Assembly: GCA_047495785.1 (NCBI GenBank)
Contig: JBLDXI010000020.1
Coordinates: 1,240,001 to 1,304,000 of the forward strand
Reading direction: 5' to 3'
Source of the DNA: Lepidodermella squamata
Lineage: Eukaryota > Animalia > Gastrotricha
Length of the DNA: 64,000 nt
This document shows, one piece after another, positions 1-13,700 of the stretch (position 1 is its first letter; every line of letters starts with the position of its first letter). The notes beneath the pieces were generated by a model. The model did not search any database. It was not told where the DNA came from and saw only the letters and a list, made by a program, of their open reading frames with translations. Both the position numbers and the translations under genes were made by a program.

Positions 1-1403
1 ATATGATCGAGCGGTTGATTAAGCAGGCGGGCGGGCAGGTGGTTGAATTGCCGGTTTGCAGCCCGCCGGAAGTTCTCGCGAAAATTACGGTGATTTGCAA
101 GCAGGAGATGACGTCATTCAAGTACTTGTTCGCGATTGCGGCTGGAATTCCATGCGTCTCCTACGAATGGGTCAATGCTTGCCTCGATTCGTGCAGTTTG
201 GTCGACAAAACTAACTTCCTCCTCCCCGCTGCTAGGTATTCGAATAATTCAAAAAGTTTATTGAAAAATAATTTTCGTTTTAAATTTAGGGAAAAAGATG
301 GCAAACTCTATTCGCAGCGAAGCCCCTATACGGTGAGATTTTTTTTTTACGATTTTATGGCTCGTTGAATTTTCATGAGATATTTCTTCCATTTCCTTTT
401 ATTATTGATTTTTTTTACGAAATGCTATTTCACACATATTTTTTTCCATATAATCGTGTTTTTAACCAAATGATTAGGAATTGGGGTTAGGTTAGGTTTT
501 GGGGTCGGTTAGGATTCAGGGCTATGGTTAGGGTTAGGATTAGTTGAGTTTCGGGTTATTTACAAAGTTCGGTTTTTGGGCCTTTGCACTTCCCACTTCC
601 CCAATAACCATTTTCATGCGATAAAATTGACCACGTTTTCGGAACCCCATTTTTCTCTTATACAGGGTGTTCGCGTAATAATACTCTTCTAAAAATAGCT
701 TTGCTACTTTTTGCATGCATTTTAGCTTTTTTGTAGCTATTTTTAGCTCGCTCAGAGTATTATCACGCGAACGCCCTGTATAAACCAAAAACTAGTCATC
801 TGGCATTTTTCTAATGTTTCCAGCTCGAAGTATATGAAAAATAATGTGTATGTAGGAAAGATTGCATCCATTTTATTTTTTATTTTAAACTTTTATCATT
901 TAATTTTCTCAATTTTTTTCAGAAAATATTCAGTGGGACCAAAATCTTTGTGGCTGCCCGGTGCAGAGAATTTTACGTGACGTGGCAGGCGTTGATTGAG
1001 GCGGCTGGGGCGTCAGTTTTGCCGGCGGTTGACGGGGCTGGGTCACCGTTTCGACGTCATTATCTGCACGATGGTGAAAACCAGACGGATGCGATTGATC
1101 AAGAAGCTGTTGATAAGGAGGCTGAGGCCCTTATTCCGACTTGCGATTACGTCATTGTGGGTAAGTATCAATTTCGAAATAAATTTTTTCTCGTTAATTT
1201 ATTGCCGTTTTTCAGAACCTGAGGCTTCATGTGCGCCGTCTCAAGCGACTATAAATGCCGCAGTTTCGAGCAGCGTGCCCCTTGTCACGACTAAATGGCT
1301 TCTCAAATGCTTCCTAACCGGAAAAATGGTCGCACCTAGTGAGGACGCGTCGAAATTTACGTGGTGGGGTGTCTTGCAAGCGAGCGCCTCGGCGTCATCG
1401 TGA
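1..1403 (+). CDS. TP53BP1: 3' end of a 53BP1-like tandem BRCT protein (5' truncated); exons <1-235, 290-332, 923-1160, 1216-1403
   Basis: 'KYLFAIAAGIPCVSYEWVNAC...NFLLPA' resembles 53BP1 BRCT1 (KYFLCLASGIPCVSHVWV...YLLPA). The second BRCT has 'W..LIEAAGA' and 'VPLVTTKWLLKC'. GT-AG junctions keep the frame. Confidence 0.7.
481..545 (+). repeat. Degenerate interstitial telomere-like tract (TTAGG/TTAGGG) in an intron
   Basis: ggggttaggttagg...ggttaggattcagggctatggttagggttaggattag. Confidence 0.55.
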
Positions 1404-2520
1404 ACCTTTGAACCAAGTCCAAGTTGCAAATTATTTCTTAAGATAACAAACAATGTTTTCGACTGATTCGATCGAAATCTCGGTGTTTTTTCTCTCAATT
1501 TTCTATGAAGAACGCACGCACGCATTTGTTTGGCTCAAAACAGAATAATAATTGGCTCAAATCTTGCATATTGGACGAAATTCTTGCCTTCCTTTTACCG
1601 GTCTTCACTTCTATTTGATTTTGTAATACTTGTTGCTGATCGCTGTTGCGCTGTTGTAATTAAAGATCTAATAAAATCCAGTCATTAATAACTCTTGTAG
1701 GAAAATAAAAACATATATTGAAAAGGGTTCTTGAACATTTCTTGAACGACACAGGTAAAAACCGGAAAAAACAGTGTAATCCGTGTTCCAATCGCTTGAG
1801 ATAGTGAAAATGTCACGATTCTCATAATCGAAGAAAAACAACTGTTTATTCACATTTGTATTCGGTCAATCAAAGTGTTTCGAATTTCGACGTCTTCAAA
1901 ACTACGAAATCAGCACTCTTCAATTCTAGACCTACCGTACATTGAGGTGACGCTGGCATATCAATAATCGAAGGTGGAAAGGTAAAGACCGATGAATGGG
2001 GTGCCGTTGGATAGCCTGATAGACTCGGTTTCGGAAAAGGGCATGTGATTTCAATTTATTTGAGGTGGATTCGGTAGAGCAGCCGCGGAAGTTCTACCGT
2101 AAATACACAATTTTACCATTACTTTACCTATGATTACATGTCCCTAAATATGTTTTATTGTACACATCCAGACTGTCCATTTCTTGGGCTTTCCAACGGT
2201 GCCCCACTCACCTTACCACCTTCGAATTTGTGGTATTAGTCACAAGGCAAAAAGGGGCACTAGGAACTGAGGAAAAAATTGACCTTTTTATAGGAAGCCC
2301 TTGGCAATTTCCGGCCAGTCCGAATTTTCCAAAATAAGCTCATTGGAAAGTCGGTCGATAAGTTTTCCAAACCGAATATTGTTCAAGCATTCATTCACTA
2401 GATTTGGACCTTTCCAGAATTGTATGGAACGCAGAAACTCAGTGGGTTAAAATTGCATTATATTTATTCAAAACTCGAGAAAACACTAAATTTATCATCC
2501 ATATCGAGTGCTATATCATT

Positions 2521-5500
2521 TCAGACGTTGGTGAGGTCATTTTCGCGGTACTCATACCAGCGCTGTTGTTCCAGCACCGGCTCGTCCTCGGCGATGGGCC
2601 CTACCGCCAGCTGTTGCAGGTAGGCAGCCGAAGCCGGGTGCGTAGTCGGCCGCGTCAGCATGTCGTACAACGACACGGGCTGTTGCGGCTGCTCGAAAAC
2701 AAACCGGCCGTGCAGTTGCGGCCGCAGCTGCAGCGTCTCAGGCATGCGGTAGAAATTAGCCGGCACGAGGGCGTTGCTAGGCGACCGCAACGCCACAATC
2801 TCACGCACCTGGCTCTCCTCCTCGGTGGTCGACGTCGGCGAGGATGACCCATTGACAGCCTTCAACCTCGCCCTGCGTTGCCGCATCATAGGAACAATCT
2901 CATTTTGCCGAGATGAACACGTCGATAGCGAAGATGACGTCTCACTCGTACACATTTGAGGCGGCGCATGCATCACTGGCGCCACGCTATGGACCTGCGG
3001 TGGCAAGGTCAAACTCCTCGGGACTAAAATTTGGCGATGACTTCCATGCAACTGGCGTCGCATTTGATTCAACTCGTTCGGGTCGCAATATTTCCTTAAA
3101 CAAGCAGCTGCGACGTAGCGGCGCCTTGGGTCGTGCGGGGAAATCGCATCCAACCGGCTTAGCAACATACTCGCTGAAAAATTCGGCATTTCGACCCAGG
3201 GCAAGACGCGGGCTAATAAATCCAGCGAATGTAGCGGCCGGATTGTTTTGTTCGCCGATCCGAGGATGCAACCGGACAGCAGCTCCCGAGCCGCGACTGG
3301 GAAGTCGACCTTCGTTCGCCGGGATAGCCCCATTGCCGCGATTGCGAATTCGATGAATGAGAAGAAAATTCCGAGCACGAGACCGCCAACTAGAATGAAA
3401 AATACGCCGGTTACGTTGTTAAGCTTCAGCGCGCCGTTGACGTCGGATTGCTTCGAGGTTTCCTGTGGGCATTCACCTTTGTCGTACCACCACTTTGTAA
3501 CGAGTTGCTGCACGACACCGATCTCTTTTAGATACAAAACTGCATAGTTTAGTTCTGAAATAAAAAATTAGTAAATCTTGAAAATAATCGAAAATTTCAG
3601 TCGTAGTACCAGCATGCCAGGGTGAACCGATCGGAGTCACGAGACCATATCCTTTCGAATCGAGAAGTGGGCCAACTTGCATAGTGTTACAAGGCCGTCT
3701 TTGGTTGTGATACGCATTCATTACGGATTCTTTTAAAAATTCAAAAATTAATTACTGGACAATTTAAAATCATTAAAAATACCCAATAAAAATGCATAGC
3801 GACCTCCGGATAATCGAACTCTTTCTACACCATCCTGTAACAAACAATTGTAAGGAAATAATTTTTTGAAATTTGTAGACACACCTTCACGGTCTTTACG
3901 AAAACACTTGGTTGCGTTTCATTCATAACTTCGAACATTCGCCGGTAAAGTGGATTGACTGAGGTTTGGAAGAAGCCCTTTGTTGATCCTGAATCTAACG
4001 TGCCATATTGGATTTTGTCCTGCCGAACGAGATCTTCAGCTGATTCGATTGGAACTTCAAGCCGTTCGACCGTCAAAAACGCAGTCATGTTAGCTGTGTA
4101 TGACGAAATTAGAATGAGGCAGAAAAAGTACCACACGGTAGCTAACAGACGGCCAGAAAATGACCTAGATTCAAATTTTTAAAATTTTCAATAATTATTA
4201 AAATTTGAAATTACTTGGGAGAAAATTCTCCGCCCAGGCCAAGAAGAGCGCATAAAGCTGACCAGAATGAATTTCGAAACGGCGTGACCATCTCGCCGTT
4301 ATTCAACCGGCAAAGGATCCACATGCAAACGGCGGTTCCACAGTAAGCAAATAGGGTGCACACCCAAATTGCAGAGGAAAGTGGCTCGAGAAACGAAAAA
4401 ACGCCCGGTTGCTGCTTTTCAGGCTTTTTTATCATAATCGAAATTCCGGTGTTCAATATCGGCTTCGTCATTTGCACTACCCGCTCTCGAGTTGAAGTTA
4501 CTGGGAAAAAATTATTCGATCAACCTTAAAAATATTCGATTTTCCAAAAAATTACTGGTTAAAGGTGCGATAGCAACATGGGCCTCGCCGCGAATAAGTT
4601 CGCCAATCATGCCATTCCAGCGCTTTGACTGTGGCTCAGGCGCGCCATACTGGCCGTCCGCAACGTGGCGAAACATGAACTTGATATTCAGTAGCCGGCC
4701 GATTTCGTCCGCTAGATCGACGCAAAACCCTTCGAATTCATCGTCATTGATGACGAAACGCTTGACACCGGGCGACGGCGTTGTCGTTGGGACACGGCCG
4801 CCACTCGTCCGGTTTCGGACAAATAAAAACGGCGGGCTGTCGATGGTGGTAACATTGAGAATAATCGTAGCTGTTTTCTTGCCATCGCCTTTTTTGTCTT
4901 TATTGCTATCAATCCACTCGCCAGTGTCGCGTAGGATGGCGACGGATCGCAAAGGCTGGTCGAGTGCAACTTCCATAAGGCTCAACAGGTGACCGCGTCG
5001 CCGGCCAGCTGCGTCGAATTTCACCCAACCTGTGAGGCCGTCTGCGCCGAAATTGCTAAGGAATGACTGGCCCTCGTTTCGTTTCATTGTGGTTAAAAAT
5101 GAAGGATGGCAGGAGGAAGCGACGAAATTTTCACCACATTTAGGAACACGTTGCATCAGTGGCTATCATGGAAAGTCGAAAATTGATTAAAAAATAGTAG
5201 TAATTTTTAAATTTATTTGGCTCAAGTTTTGAAATGGCAAATTATGATGGATTCAACAAATTTTTAAATTCTTGAAACTTCGAAATTTAGGTTAAGTAGG
5301 GTGGTTAGGTAGATGACTTTTCGCTTACCGGCTCAAGCAATCCTCTTGTTGTTTGATTGTTCGCCAGTGTTTCGATCAGAGTTTTAAGGTAGAAAACCTG
5401 ATCAAACACCAACGCCTCGGCAGTCTGAAAAAATTAAATTTCTGATAAAAATTGCCGCAAATTTAAAAAATGAAATTAACCGAAATTTGAGGTTGATTAT

Positions 5501-8165
5501 CGAAGGATTCCGGGGGTGGGGGCTTATCCGTCGCACTCTCGTAAAAGGGCGGCGACGGCAAAGCGTCGACCTCATTTGTCCGGTACCAGTAGCGCATTAC
5601 AGAGCGATAAAGTGGCGTCGAAGATGATACCATTTGATAACCATAGATTTTTCCGCCACCCTTTTCAAATCCCGCAAGATCCAGCTCACCAATCACCTAA
5701 GGATTAAGACTCAATTTTTTTAAATGGTTTTTAACAAAAAGATTCTTACAGTATTAACGAGGTAGAATTGATAGGGCGCGGCAGCCATACCCAGGTCTTT
5801 GAGCTGATAAAAAAATTGAAAAAAATATTCAATTAAAATCGTCAAATTACCTCCATCAAGAGCATGTCATATTTTTTCTCCGTGGACATGTCCAGGATGA
5901 ATTTATCGACAAACGGCGAATCTTCCGTGGGCAGGTACCGAGCATTGTGGAAGAGAAGAGGTGACTGAAAGCGTAAGTAAAATAAAACCCATCTTTAAGA
6001 TAGAGGTTTAAACAATTTTACATGATTTATTTGGTCGATGCATATCAAATAGACACGAAAGCGATTCGCGACAGATGACCACCTGTCTAGCCGGTCTTTA
6101 ATCGAACGGTACCGCTCTAGGCCTAAAAAAATCGTAAAAAAAAGTATGAAAAAACGTGAAATTTATCCACCAACCTTCTCTGCCGTCTGCAACATACACA
6201 AAAGTAAGCCACTGCTGGCGAATTATGAAAGAAAACATGGGAGTGAGAACATCGGGTCCGACGTAGCGAATGTTGGAATCAGCAGCATATAGAGAAGGAG
6301 GTAACATCGCCGAGGCTTTTGGTGGAGGTGGCACAGCGATTATCTTCGGGGCGGCTGGTGTTGAAAGCGTCATCATCGACGTCACAGTGCTCGCCAGGGT
6401 CCGCAGCGAGTCGCCCAGGCTGACCGTGACCGAGGCCGCTTTAGGCGAAGGTGTCGTAATGCCAGATTTTGTCAGACCAGCCAAGGTTGTTGTTGGCTTT
6501 GGAGCGATCGGGGTCGGCGGTGCCAGCAATGTAGGCAGGCTCGAGGCGGTGAAAATAGGCAGTGATAGCTCTTTTGCGATTGTGCTGACTAGAGGGTGCG
6601 GCGCCACTGTTAACAATGCGACTAGACCTTTCAAATCGACCCCAGAACCAACGCCACACATTTTCGCGCAAACTTGAATAAAGTAGAATAACAGTGAATA
6701 AAACTGAAATCAAAGCTTTTAATTAAAGAAAAATGTAAGTAACATTTAACTTGGAAACTAAATTTAAACTTGGGATCCCGATGTTCGTACATATTTATGT
6801 ACACGTTTTCGACTATTCGTACATAATTTTAGAAATATGTACAGCTTTTCGACTATTCGTACATAATCATGTACAACTATTTGGCTATTTGTACATATTC
6901 TCAAACCCAATCCTAACCCTAACCCTAACCCTAACCTGAATTAAAATTCAGTTCAAAGCCGAAAATATGTACGAATAGCCAAATAGTTGTACATAATTAT
7001 GTACGAATCGTACGAATAATCGAAAAGCTGTACATATTTCTGAAATTATGTACGAATAGTCGAAAAGCTGTACATAAATATGTACGAACATCCACTTCGT
7101 TAAACTTGGCACCAAACTCGGAAAGTCTCTTCGAATAATTTTACAGAATGATGAAAGGTTTATAATGCGAAGGGAAAAATGAACAGAACTTTCGGGAGAC
7201 AGAAATTTCCCGAAAAAGGGCCGCAATTTTTTTACCCAAAAAGGGCCGAAAATATCAAATGAGTATTACTAAATCAAGTGAAAACTAAGGTAAGATTTGT
7301 AAAATATATTCGAAAATTGCAAAAATTATTCTGTGCAATTTCGCGCCTAAATTTTGTTAAACAGTGGAAATTTAGGGTTCCAACACTAAATTTGAGGCTC
7401 ATGAGCTATATTTCCTCAAATTATGGGTTTTCGAATTTTTATAGCGCTTGGGTTCCCTAACTTTGAGTTTGGATGGTCAAAACTAGTTAGGAAAGAGTGA
7501 TATGAGCGGTCAGTTTACATGTAATACTTTGATCTGCGGAGTAATATCGATTTCTGTTATCGATTTTACAAACCAGTGATTTTTCTGATATCAGAGGAGT
7601 AAAGTCTAGGAAGCCAACAAAAAAACCTGTCCTGGTGGTACCAGGTGGCTAAAAAATAAAATCCTAGGATAGATGCATCATCATCGTACAAGAAAGGAAA
7701 AATCGACATCGCAAAATATCGGACAAATTTAGCACTAAAATGTTAAATTTAGTGATTGAACCTCAATTCTAGCAACGAGAATATTTAGAACCAAAAAATT
7801 AGTAGAGAGATTTACGTTCATCAGCCTCATGGTACATGGCGCTATCTGCCGGTGTATTTTGCGTTGCACTGGCATTTATATAGAACGGCACCAACTCCAC
7901 GGATCCTCCCAGGTTGTTAACAAATGACAAGGCGAGTGCGAACATAGTTTGAGCCTGCGCGTGGTCCGGATGCCTGAGAACACCTGAGCAAATTCGGCGG
8001 TATTCATAATTTTCCAATTGAAGCTCTAAAAACCGAGTTCAACCTACCAACTCTGTAGATCTTTTTCGCCTCTTGAGCTGTTACGTGGGCTAAAATTATC
8101 GTAGCGAAGAAAAATCGTAGAATGAGCAGGTTTTTCCCGCAACTTCTGGACCTCTTTTCCCACAT
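2521..8165 (-). CDS. Ionotropic glutamate receptor, AMPA-like (about 14 coding exons; first 8048-8165, last ending at 2521)
   Basis: Signal peptide ([18 protein letters not shown]) followed by an NTD. S1 '[29 protein letters not shown]'; M1 '[13 protein letters not shown]'; M3 '[12 protein letters not shown]'; S2 'GTLDSGST', 'YAFLLESVMN', 'DSKGYG', 'KWWYDKGEC'; M4 '[17 protein letters not shown]'. C-terminal PDZ-type end -TNV. Confidence 0.95.
6774..7099. mobile_element. MITE/foldback element with ~125-bp GTAC-rich inverted arms and a (CCCTAA)n spacer, in an iGluR intron
   Basis: gatgttcgtacatatttatgtaca... (6780) is the reverse complement of ...tgtacataaatatgtacgaacatc (7092). Spacer contains cctaaccctaaccctaaccctaacc (~6912-6936). 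Flanking 10-bp direct repeat ttaaacttgg at 6764-6773 and 7100-7109. Confidence 0.8.
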
Positions 8166-10710
8166 TATTGCTGCGTGATGCTGGCGTTTTGAAACAGCCA
8201 ATCGTTGCTATAAATTCACGACATCAACCCATGTTGTCGTTTGAAATATAAGGTGTCAATAACCAGGGTTATTCGAGGTCATCATTCTAGGGCAGAAATT
8301 ATCGCTGTCTTATATATGAATACACAAGTGTGTATATGGTGAAGGAAAGTGCACTAATCAAGATGAAATTAAGGCGGCTTTGGTCAAAAGATGATATGCG
8401 GCAATAAAATAATGCAAATTTGATAATCAAGAAAAAAGTGCGAAGACCGCGGGTCGCACGAATATATGCGGCGTCGAAAAAGCCAACAACAGCATCAGGC
8501 GCCGCGCTACGTAGGCGTTCGTCATGGCTCTAATATCGACAAATGTTTTTGTTTCATGCGAAGAGACATAATGGAGTAGTAGTAGTAGTGGTAGTGGATC
8601 AGGGACAAGCTTGCTCGGCCACTTACAACCGCGGCGCATCATGTAAGCCGAGACAACAATGCAGATGAACAAGTTGTTGTAGCCGGCGAATAATGTTTCA
8701 TACACACTAATACTGGCAGAAGAATTCTGGCGCCGGAAAGCGGATATAGCGCGGCGATAGAGACAAGGCGAGGCGCTTAATGCAATTCTCACCGGCAAAC
8801 AGTAGTCGCAAATTCGATTTGAAATGCGTGTTCCGCTGCTGGCTTCCCGCCCATCATCATCATCATCATTTGTATCGCTAATAATGCGCTTAGAATCCTA
8901 CACCGCGCGCGACCGCGGCCAAGCGCGCGCTTGTCAGCCGCGGGTATAAATAATCTACCCGCCACAAGAAAGACCCGCCTGATGTTAAATAATACGGCTC
9001 GGCCCATCAGCTACAGCGAAATTAAAATAATGTTTCATGTTTTGTTGTTGTTGTCGCCGTTTTCATAATTGATATAGCTGTAAGCGAGACTCGAGAAATA
9101 AACAAAATATCTCTTAGCGCAACGAAATTTCCAAAAAAAAGAAAAACCAGTGAGCCGTGTCTTTTTCGAATAATTTTACTTGATCATGATAGTGCGTTGT
9201 TCTCAAGGTCATAGTGATAAGACAAAAAAATCAGGCAAATTAATTATTCACAATTTGGTTCCGCTAAAAGTATGGCCCTCATTTACCCTCGAAAATTCGG
9301 CCAATATTCGAAAAAGAGCGTAATGGGATTTCTTTTTAATGGTGTTGTTTTGTTTTCCGTAAAAATCTCGCACTTTGTTTACGAAGCGATACAAATCAGG
9401 GAAATCCCTAGGGCGCAATTCCCTGACACTTTCCACCCTGAGTCTTCTGATTATAACGCACTGGATCGTGAAAACACCGAATTTACGCTAGAAAAGACAA
9501 AAATCCATCATTCCAAGCCGTTCAACTACAATTATTTATTTTTTCTTTTCGACATGCATAAATGCGCCTTCCGATCATCATCATCATCGTATCATTTAAT
9601 GAACTAGCATGACACTGGTAACATATGCCGCGAGACAAACCTGCACTTCATCGCTTTGTACTGATTTTTTTTGCGACAGGTATATAAACTCTATAATAAT
9701 ATATTTTGTTTTATAATAAAATCATTCAATAATAATATATTGTAAAAGCGCACATTTTTTTACAGTAATTTCTTGGTGAATTTCTCTAGTTTTTTTTCGC
9801 GGAAGAAAGAGACAGAATAGAGAGTCAAAGGTGGGAATATAGAAGCTTGATAACTTATAAGATCCAACTTGAAATCAATCAATAATCGATAACACCAGCA
9901 CACATTGCATGCGTTTTAAAAGCTCGACAAATCAACGTGTTATTTAGTTTTTTTTATACAAATTATAATAAACTTGCTTTGTCAATCAAGCAACTTTTGT
10001 ATAGAATTTCATCAACGGACATCATTTTCTTCAAAAGCGGCTGGGTCCAGCGATTTTGATTTTTGAGACAAGACGACAAAAACGACGAATATGTTAACGG
10101 CGGCCTTGGATAAAATTGAACAGAACGGCCAGATCGTTGTTTAAGGTATAAAAAAACGGCGATTTATCTTCATCTTTTTTAACACACCGCAAATAAAACT
10201 AAAGGCGCGGAGATAGAACAGACGTCAAGTCCCAGGTATTATAAAGATCAAAAATTCATCATTTATAATATAGTACATACAATTTGTGGGGTCGTATCAA
10301 ATAATTTACATTAAAACGCGTTAATGAAAAGAAAAAAGGAGCAAGAAATCAACATTGGCAAAAAGATGATCATGAAGTAGTAAGGCTACAACGACACGAT
10401 GCTGCACGGCTGATGACATTGAATATTAAAGGGCAGAAAACGATGATTGGGTTGTAAAAACCAAGAAGCCATCTACTGCTGCTGTGGAAACAATTTTAGT
10501 AGCGGAACTTGCTTTGAGCCGAAAAATTATATATAGATTAACCATCATCATCATATCTCATTGCCATTGTACTGCGGCGTAAAACAACTGTGTCATTTCA
10601 TGTTTGGGGTTTTTGCATCATCGTGACTGAAAGATTTTTGCACCAAAAGCTGCTCTCTACACAAGTTTTAATCCATTATTTGTATCACGTGACCGTCCGG
10701 CGTTCATGAC

Positions 10711-13700
10711 TCACTGAAATAATAATTTTGTTATGAGTGAGGCGAAAAAAATGTGATTTGGGTTTTTTCGGGGGTTTTCATTTACTTTTGCGACTGAATA
10801 ACGACGAGTGACGGCTTGCGCACCTCGACGTCGTTGGCCGTCGCTTCACCGGAGCGGACATCAGCCTGTTTCAACTGGCGGCTGCGTTCGCGGGGGTCGT
10901 CGACCCGCCAGCGGAACTGGTTTTGGTTCGAATTCGACGCCGGCGATGTCACGTTGTTGCTATGGCTAGGCGGCGACGATTTCTGGCCATTACCAAACAA
11001 CTGCGCCATCGACCGCGCTGTACCCGGCGCGGGTTTCGGCGCCTCAGCCGCCGGATCAACAGGTGGTTTCTCCGCCGGCGCCGCCGTGAATTTATTTAGC
11101 ACAATTTTCTTCGGCGTCGCGACAGGTTTTGCCGGCTGCGCGGGCGGGGTCGAGTTGTTGGAAGAGGCCATCAGCTGCTGAAAGACGTTGCGAACATTTC
11201 TAGCCGCCGACGCTTGCCTCAGCTGCTCGAGTTCGGACAGCGTGTTATCCTCCGCCCGAACCGCGTCTTCGCGCACGATCGGGGTGTTTTCGAACACGGT
11301 CTTCGCGTTCTGCTGGCCGTTCTCCTCGTCACTTCGCACGGATTCGGCGCCGTCGAGCGCGTCACTCGAGCCCGACGCCGGCTTCGCAGAGTCCGCCGAG
11401 ACGGAGGAGTTCGATTGGTGGTGCTCCTCAGAGCTCAGGCGCGGCGTGTGAGATAGGCGTTTCGAAACTTCGCGCGGGTCTTGCACGGCCCATTTCGGCA
11501 ACGGCTTGTCACGGTCGTTGATCTCAGCCGCCGCGGCGATTTCAGCCTCGGGCGTCTTGCACCGCCATTTATTAGCGACGAGCGACGACACAGAGCCTGA
11601 CATAGCCTTGTTCGGCAGGGTTGTCGATTGCGATAAATTGTTTGATTCAAACATTTTTCGCAGATTTTTCGCCGTCCCGGAAACCACCTGTTGCTCCTGC
11701 GCCGGCTGGTTTTGCTGCTGAGACGCATCCAACGAACCGTCGCTTTGCTTCAGATTAGTCTCCCATTGCCGGCGTAACGAAGCTGCAACGCCATGTCGCC
11801 GAACCTCCTCCAATTCTTCCGGCTAAAAAAAAATGAAAAAAATTCGAAACAATCCTCCTTAATTATTGGACAAATTTACCTTGACAGCTTTCACGTCGCT
11901 GTGAACAATTTCGTCATTCTCCTGGTCGTTCGGCTGTTCGGTCAGACTTTGAGTGCGACTTCCATTTTGTTGTTGTTGAGGCTGGAAAGTCGCCTGTTGG
12001 AGGTAGTATTCACGAGGTGGGTACTGAGCAATAGTCAGTGCTACCTCTTCTTCCTCCTCCTCTTCGTCGTCGTTATTTCCGTTGTCGAAAACCTGTTCTT
12101 CCGGCCTTTCGACGCCATTTGACTGGTGGTAACCGTTCTCGTGGCTATCGCCATTAGCATAACCGTTACCTAAAATAAAATAATGGCTAAATATTTAAAA
12201 ATTTGAGAAAACTGACAGAAATTACCACTGTGGATTACGTCGATTGAGTGAGAGATCCGCTGTTTAGGAGGCGCCGATTTGACCTGATTAGCAAAAACCA
12301 TCGAAGATGACATGATTATTGCGGCTTTTGCAATCGTTTTTTTTCAAACACACAAACACGATATGTAATATTTGTGGGTTTTATCTGCCGCAGAGTTTCA
12401 AACGCAAAAAGCTATAATATATAGACATAGAATGGGATTTTTTGATATCAAGCAAGCGGGTAATATGTTAATTTTTTCAAAACAAAACTGAACAAAAACA
12501 AACGGACCACGAGAAATGTACCAACACCAGGGGTAAAAAATTACATCTAATATCGAGTTCAGCCGAGAAATAAAAACAGGATAAAAACTGCCGTAACCCA
12601 AGAAGTTACTTCTACGATTTAGCAGCGTTTTTTTCGGTATCAATAAAGCTGGTATTTAAAAGCGATGTAAGCGGGTTAAACGCGGCAAGAAAAGATGAGT
12701 TGAATCATTGAACTTCTACGACAACACGGTGATAAAAGCGGCTAATATGCGTAGTTACGGCTCGGGCTTGTGAACTCACATCCTCGGTTGTTGCTTGATC
12801 ATTGTCATGCTGATCTTGCGGCGATTCGTGCCCGTCATCGACCTGAGCCTCATCACTGACTACGTCATCGGAATTCTCAATCGCCGAATCATTTCCTTCT
12901 TGAGTATCTGAAGAAAGCGGTTCAGGGGAAGACTCGACAATCACCTCAACTGGCGTAGCCTCGATCGTTTCTGAAGACACGTCGATTTCAGCCTCATTTT
13001 GAGGTGGATCGTCTGGAATTGGTTCAAGCCCGGTTTCAATCACAGCTTCTTGAATCTCAGTGGCTGTTTGTTCCTCCTCAACTATAATATCGTCTGATTT
13101 CGGTTCAGGCTCAGCGATTTCTTCTTCAATGGAGTTTTCCACCAGCTGTTCAGTGGTTTCAACCGGATTACCGATCGGAGTCTCTTCGGTAATTTCAGTT
13201 TCGGCACCTTCGGATTCATCGGGTTTAGTTTCAATTGGTTCCGCCTCGGTTGGCTGGTCATCCTCCTTAACAGGATCTTCTTCAGCCTGCTCGATTGGTT
13301 CAGTAATAGGTTCCTCTGAAACTTCCGCTGTATCAGGCTCCTCTGCAACCTGAGTAGATTCTTCGGGTTGAACTTCAACTTCGACAGCCTCTTCGATAAC
13401 TTCCTGGCTGTTCTCGGCTTCAGGTTGATCTTGAACCTCCTCGACCACTTCCTCTGATTCAACAACTTCATCTAAAACAAGAGCCGCCTCGATCTCTTCA
13501 GTTGCTTCATTCACCGCTCCAGTTTCGCTTTCGTTTTGAGGAGGATCTTCGGAATTTTCAACCACCTCTGCATCAATAGCTTCCTCTTGCGCAGCTTCTT
13601 CAGGTTCCGCAGAGACCTCTAGGTTATCGATAGAGATTTCATCCACAACTGCCTCAACGGCTTCTTCTTCGCCGGTTTCCTCGACAGTATCATTTTGATT

